This document shows, one piece after another, positions 60,901 through 64,000 of a DNA stretch of 64,000 nt. Source of the stretch: a virus. Location of the stretch: positions 64,001 to 128,000 of IMG/VR virus record IMGVR_UViG_3300032236_001232. One strand, 5' to 3'. Position numbers and translations under genes: made by a program. The notes beneath the pieces were generated by a model. That model was not told the origin of the DNA. It did no database searches and saw only the letters and a program-made list of their open reading frames with translations. The stretch's first letter is position 1. The number at the start of each line of letters is the position of its first letter.

Positions 60901-63900
60901 TTGTTCAAGACAACAGCATAACGCCTACTAAAATTAACAGTCTGTGGGCGTTTAATGAACAAGGACCTGCTGAAACCGCATGGCGTCGTAGCAGTTATTG
61001 GCCATTTGTCTTACAAAAATTAATGGCATTGACCAAGCCTGCTGATTATGCTGCATTATTATATGATCCTATAAGATTAACAAAAAATATTTCTGATCAA
61101 TGGTCCTACGGTGATGATCACAAATTTTTAAGTCCCGGAATAGTTAAAATACACGGCAATAACGGTGATATAACAACTGGTTATTCGGTATTTGTTAGTG
61201 AGGCAGGTCGTCAAAGAACTGGCAACTATATTAATGAATTAAGCAGCGATCTTTCTTATGTTGATTTTAATTTATTCTATAAGGTCGGCGGATTCATTAG
61301 CAAAAATAAGATGCAGGTCATTATAGATGCAATTGACCCTACCAGTTCTAGTTCAGGGGCAATTCTTCCACCTGAAGATTATTCCCTTATATTAAACACC
61401 AGTAACCCAGTTAAGGTAACAGCGATATCTGGTATCATTGTTCAAAAATCCAATGGAAAGTTTATAGTCAGAGGGTATGATAATTTCAGGCCTTACTTTA
61501 ACACTTATTCACCTGTTCGCAATGCCACCACTCCGACTATTACAGTAGGCGGAGTTTCACAACCTTTTGTCATCTGGAAGTCCAGTTCCTCTGGGGGTGA
61601 AACTGGATTAACTGATGCTGAAATTACTACAGCACAATCGGCAACATACGGAGTGTTCTATCAAAAAGGACAAATAGTTTCTTATAGTGATAGATTCTAT
61701 CGAGTAAAGATTGATCATAAGAGCGGTGATACGTTCAATGCCAACTATTTTCAATTGTTGCCTTCATTGCCGATAGACGGCGGTGTTAGTGTTCAAACAG
61801 CCATTAGATATGATAAAAAATTAGTTCAGATTCCATACGGAACAAAATTTGATAAAATTCAGGATGTTTATGATCTTATTATTGGTTATGGCACTTGGTT
61901 AGAAGATCAAGGATTTATTTTTGATCAATTCAATAATGATTTACAAACGATATTAGATTGGAAATTTTCCGGCAAAGAATTTTTATTCTGGACTACACAA
62001 AATTGGGCAGACAACAGTGTAATTACACTAAGTCCATTTGCTGATCAAATTAAATTCTATTCTACTGACAGTGTAGTTGATAATATTTTCAATAATTTCT
62101 ATCGTCGGACAATATTGCAAGTTAACGGAAAAGCCTTTAGGAATAGTAATCTCAGCGTTAATAGAGATAATGGCACTTGCACCATTCGCACCAGCAATAC
62201 TCCACAGGGAATATACTTTGCTGTTCTCAACAACGTTCAGAAAGAGCATGCCATGGTGTTTAAAAACACCACAATGTTCAATGATACTATCTATGATATA
62301 GAAACTGGTTACCGTCAACGCCGAATGAAGTTGGTTGGTTTTAGAACTGCTGGTTGGAATGGGGATTATTTTAGTCCAGGATTTATCTATGATGCCGCTG
62401 TAGTTGAAGATTGGAAAACCTATACCGATTACAGATATGCTGATGTTGTTAGATTCAATGGCAATTATTATTCAGCCAATAAAAATATTGCCGGGACTAC
62501 TGCGTTTGATTTCAACAAATGGACAGTTTTAAGATCTAAGCCATCTGCAGATCTTATTCCCAACTTTGATTATAAGATTAGCCAGTTTGAAGATTTTTAT
62601 AGTTTGGACATAGATAATTTTGATCTTGCCCAGCAAAAGATGGCTCAGCATCTCACTGGATATACTCCCAGGGTTTATCTAAATAATATCTTCACTAATC
62701 CAATTAGTCAATATAAATTTTATCAAGGATATATCAAAGAAAAAGGAACTCGTAATGCTATCACTAAATTAGCCAAAGCCAGTATTCATAATCTTCAAGG
62801 AGATATAGAATACAATGAAGAATGGGCATTTAGAATAGGGCATTATGGATCATACGAAACTTTTAAAGAACTAGAAGTATCCTTGGTAGAGGGAACCTTT
62901 ATAGAAAATCCCCAGATTGTTAAGTTAATTGACTCTGTGCCATCAGTTCCTAATGATTTAATTTACTACAGCACAGCGACCAGTTGGTCAATTGTTCCTA
63001 CAGAATATGTCGCTAGCACAACATTTGTTACCACATCCAGCACTGATATTTTTCAGTTGCCTATTGCCGGTTATGTGAATTTTGATGACATTGAGTATAC
63101 AGCATATAGCGAAACAGATGTGCTGGCTATTGCACAATCTGATAAGACAATCAAGCGTGGAGATACGGTTTGGGTAGCTGCTAAAAAGAATAACGACTGG
63201 GGTGTATTTAGATATTCGTTGTCCAAGTCTAGAATAATTGGAGCCAAAGTCGAATTTGGCACTACTGGAGAGCTTACTCTAATAACAGATAAAACACATT
63301 ATTTGTCAACGGGAGACATCATTGCTATCTACGAATGTGATAGTAGGATTGATGGAATTTATACAGTAAAATCAGTTAATAAATTTACTGAGTTCACTAT
63401 TGATTATGCTGCGGCTAACTCTATTACGTCTTTAGCTTCGACGGGATTACTTTTTAAATTTGTTAATTCTCGTTATAGTTTCTACGATCAATTACCATCT
63501 GATAATACATTATTACAGTTTCCAATCAATACCAAAGTTTGGGTAGACGATGATGGAACTGGAAATTGGGTTGTATATCAAAAAGTAAAAAATTACAATA
63601 GATATTCAGTGTCGGGAGCAACTACAGCTTCGAGAGAAGAATTAGGATGGAGTTTAACCAAGGCTAAAAATTCTAATATTTTCATGGCAGGAGCACCGGG
63701 ATATAAGACTGCCAACAACACAGGAACAGTGTTTGTTTATGCGGAAAAGCCCAACGGGGTTGAGATTAAACTTAGATATGGACTAAACGAAAGCACAGCC
63801 ATTTATTATTCTCCTGGTTGCGATGCAGAATTTGGTTATTCTCTTGCCTATGATGACAGAGACTTTATAGGATCTGCTGGGTCTACTGGGTATGGATTAT

Positions 63901-64000
63901 TTTTTGCCGGAGCCCCTGGTGCTAGCGGAACTAGATCCAATGATGTTACAGCAGTTAGATACGCATATTCTACAGGAACAACCAGTGCCTATGTTCAAGA
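57996..64000 (+). CDS. Giant baseplate wedge protein (gp7-like position; >2000 aa; runs off the window)
   Basis: ATG at 57996 gives MASKDIKSVNLLPEFLRTDKNSKFL. The same frame reads sensibly at the window end (FGYSLA, FFAGAPG). Absent from the ORF track, consistent with no stop inside the window. Confidence 0.85.
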   Translation, partial: MASKDIKSVNLLPEFLRTDKNSKFLSSTIDQLINPAQLERIDGYIGSAITPNYVSTSDIYVSETSQLRRDYQLEPACIVKDSLGTINDVIGIDDLTNEISLYGGHVDNFDRLYRSNFYSYDPHIDWDKFVNYQNYYWLVTGPDNFIITGNNLNITTDILGQPAYTYNGTALLNGMKVRFEGTVSPESYLGKDFFVEGVGTGIKLIPYDNLSSSEAITTLYIEHFDADPFDDYPFDGYKNLPETPEYITINRASRDLNSWSRYNRWVHKDVIRVSAESTNQQPVYPANKRARRPIIEFKADLKLYNHGNVGIPDVDLIDTVTTDAFSIVEGSAGYYVDGILLEQGHTVIFTADTDSLVRSKIYQVNYVIIQDRTRLVLQEIAAPIAGSITSAVLGDKNSGTSWWFDGDYWVYAQQHTTVNQAPLFELFDNKGHSYSDINYYKSNFAGNKIFGYEIGTIYDPILQFKIKYRNSVGTGSYLFKNYFMTDTISISVDSQTTDIISTGITYCKFSTANGDTYANVWSLADPYPIPTLVSPVTGDTYYEPPLGLTNNPLNGAISSLTLSEIADHVNNSYRRLISNVNPLAFAQLFIGKKEHSLIDAIDLAAEQYNQYKLAFLKKIAQIDNQTDPVAAVDQALNELNSDKDTLSPYYWSDMAPYGTDKITRKWTVTNSRNKIYSITSDYDPAVLSMRAVLVYLNRVQLLRDIDYTFEINDSSVKILVDLTVGDTIVIDDYTNTVGNFVPSTPTKLGLYPKYTPKIFNDNTYVDQETVVIQGHDGSIMIAYNDYRDAIILEFEKRIFNNIKAEYRSELLDSNTVIPGAFRNTQFTVDEIKAIINGEFNNWAGINGIEITNNSAFDTGNPFTWNYTNTYNSNIDENLIGSWRAIYKYFYDTDRPHTAPWEMLGIAIKPDWWDDLYGVAPYTSGNTVLWEDIAAGRINGTVNTLYVRDGLLDLLPVDEYGDLVDPTELIVQDNSITPTKINSLWAFNEQGPAETAWRRSSYWPFVLQKLMALTKPADYAALLYDPIRLTKNISDQWSYGDDHKFLSPGIVKIHGNNGDITTGYSVFVSEAGRQRTGNYINELSSDLSYVDFNLFYKVGGFISKNKMQVIIDAIDPTSSSSGAILPPEDYSLILNTSNPVKVTAISGIIVQKSNGKFIVRGYDNFRPYFNTYSPVRNATTPTITVGGVSQPFVIWKSSSSGGETGLTDAEITTAQSATYGVFYQKGQIVSYSDRFYRVKIDHKSGDTFNANYFQLLPSLPIDGGVSVQTAIRYDKKLVQIPYGTKFDKIQDVYDLIIGYGTWLEDQGFIFDQFNNDLQTILDWKFSGKEFLFWTTQNWADNSVITLSPFADQIKFYSTDSVVDNIFNNFYRRTILQVNGKAFRNSNLSVNRDNGTCTIRTSNTPQGIYFAVLNNVQKEHAMVFKNTTMFNDTIYDIETGYRQRRMKLVGFRTAGWNGDYFSPGFIYDAAVVEDWKTYTDYRYADVVRFNGNYYSANKNIAGTTAFDFNKWTVLRSKPSADLIPNFDYKISQFEDFYSLDIDNFDLAQQKMAQHLTGYTPRVYLNNIFTNPISQYKFYQGYIKEKGTRNAITKLAKASIHNLQGDIEYNEEWAFRIGHYGSYETFKELEVSLVEGTFIENPQIVKLIDSVPSVPNDLIYYSTATSWSIVPTEYVASTTFVTTSSTDIFQLPIAGYVNFDDIEYTAYSETDVLAIAQSDKTIKRGDTVWVAAKKNNDWGVFRYSLSKSRIIGAKVEFGTTGELTLITDKTHYLSTGDIIAIYECDSRIDGIYTVKSVNKFTEFTIDYAAANSITSLASTGLLFKFVNSRYSFYDQLPSDNTLLQFPINTKVWVDDDGTGNWVVYQKVKNYNRYSVSGATTASREELGWSLTKAKNSNIFMAGAPGYKTANNTGTVFVYAEKPNGVEIKLRYGLNESTAIYYSPGCDAEFGYSLAYDDRDFIGSAGSTGYGLFFAGAPGASGTRSNDVTAVRYAYSTGTTSAYVQ

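Noticed and set aside
60350-63262. Small ORFs listed in the last 6 kb
   Set aside because: They lie within the giant plus-strand ORF starting at 57996.

Overview
This window is part of a large T4-like (myovirus-type, probably jumbo) bacteriophage genome and is almost fully coding in the standard genetic code. On the minus strand, 1-2.8 kb holds a sulfotransferase, carbamoyltransferase and glycosyltransferase cassette. It directly follows about 30 kb of fibre/appendage genes (Cys-rich, collagen-like, S74-chaperoned). Next come an HNH endonuclease and the T4-syntenic head module (portal, core, gp21, gp22, gp23). The middle has a tape-measure-like gene, a divergent gp26-like gene with a candidate -1 frameshift, a ~450 nt structured non-coding region behind a small GIY-YIG protein, gp46/gp47, a Seg-like endonuclease and a gp55-like late sigma factor. 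The plus strand from 49.2 kb is the baseplate module, ending in a giant open-ended ORF. The main leads are (1) an apparent 'plug-and-socket' chain of fibre proteins whose end-domains match in gene order, (2) a GIY-YIG protein followed by a large pseudoknotted RNA, (3) a G/GT-like frameshift and (4) a likely virion glycan-modification cassette. All family calls come from motif recognition by eye; no database searches were run.
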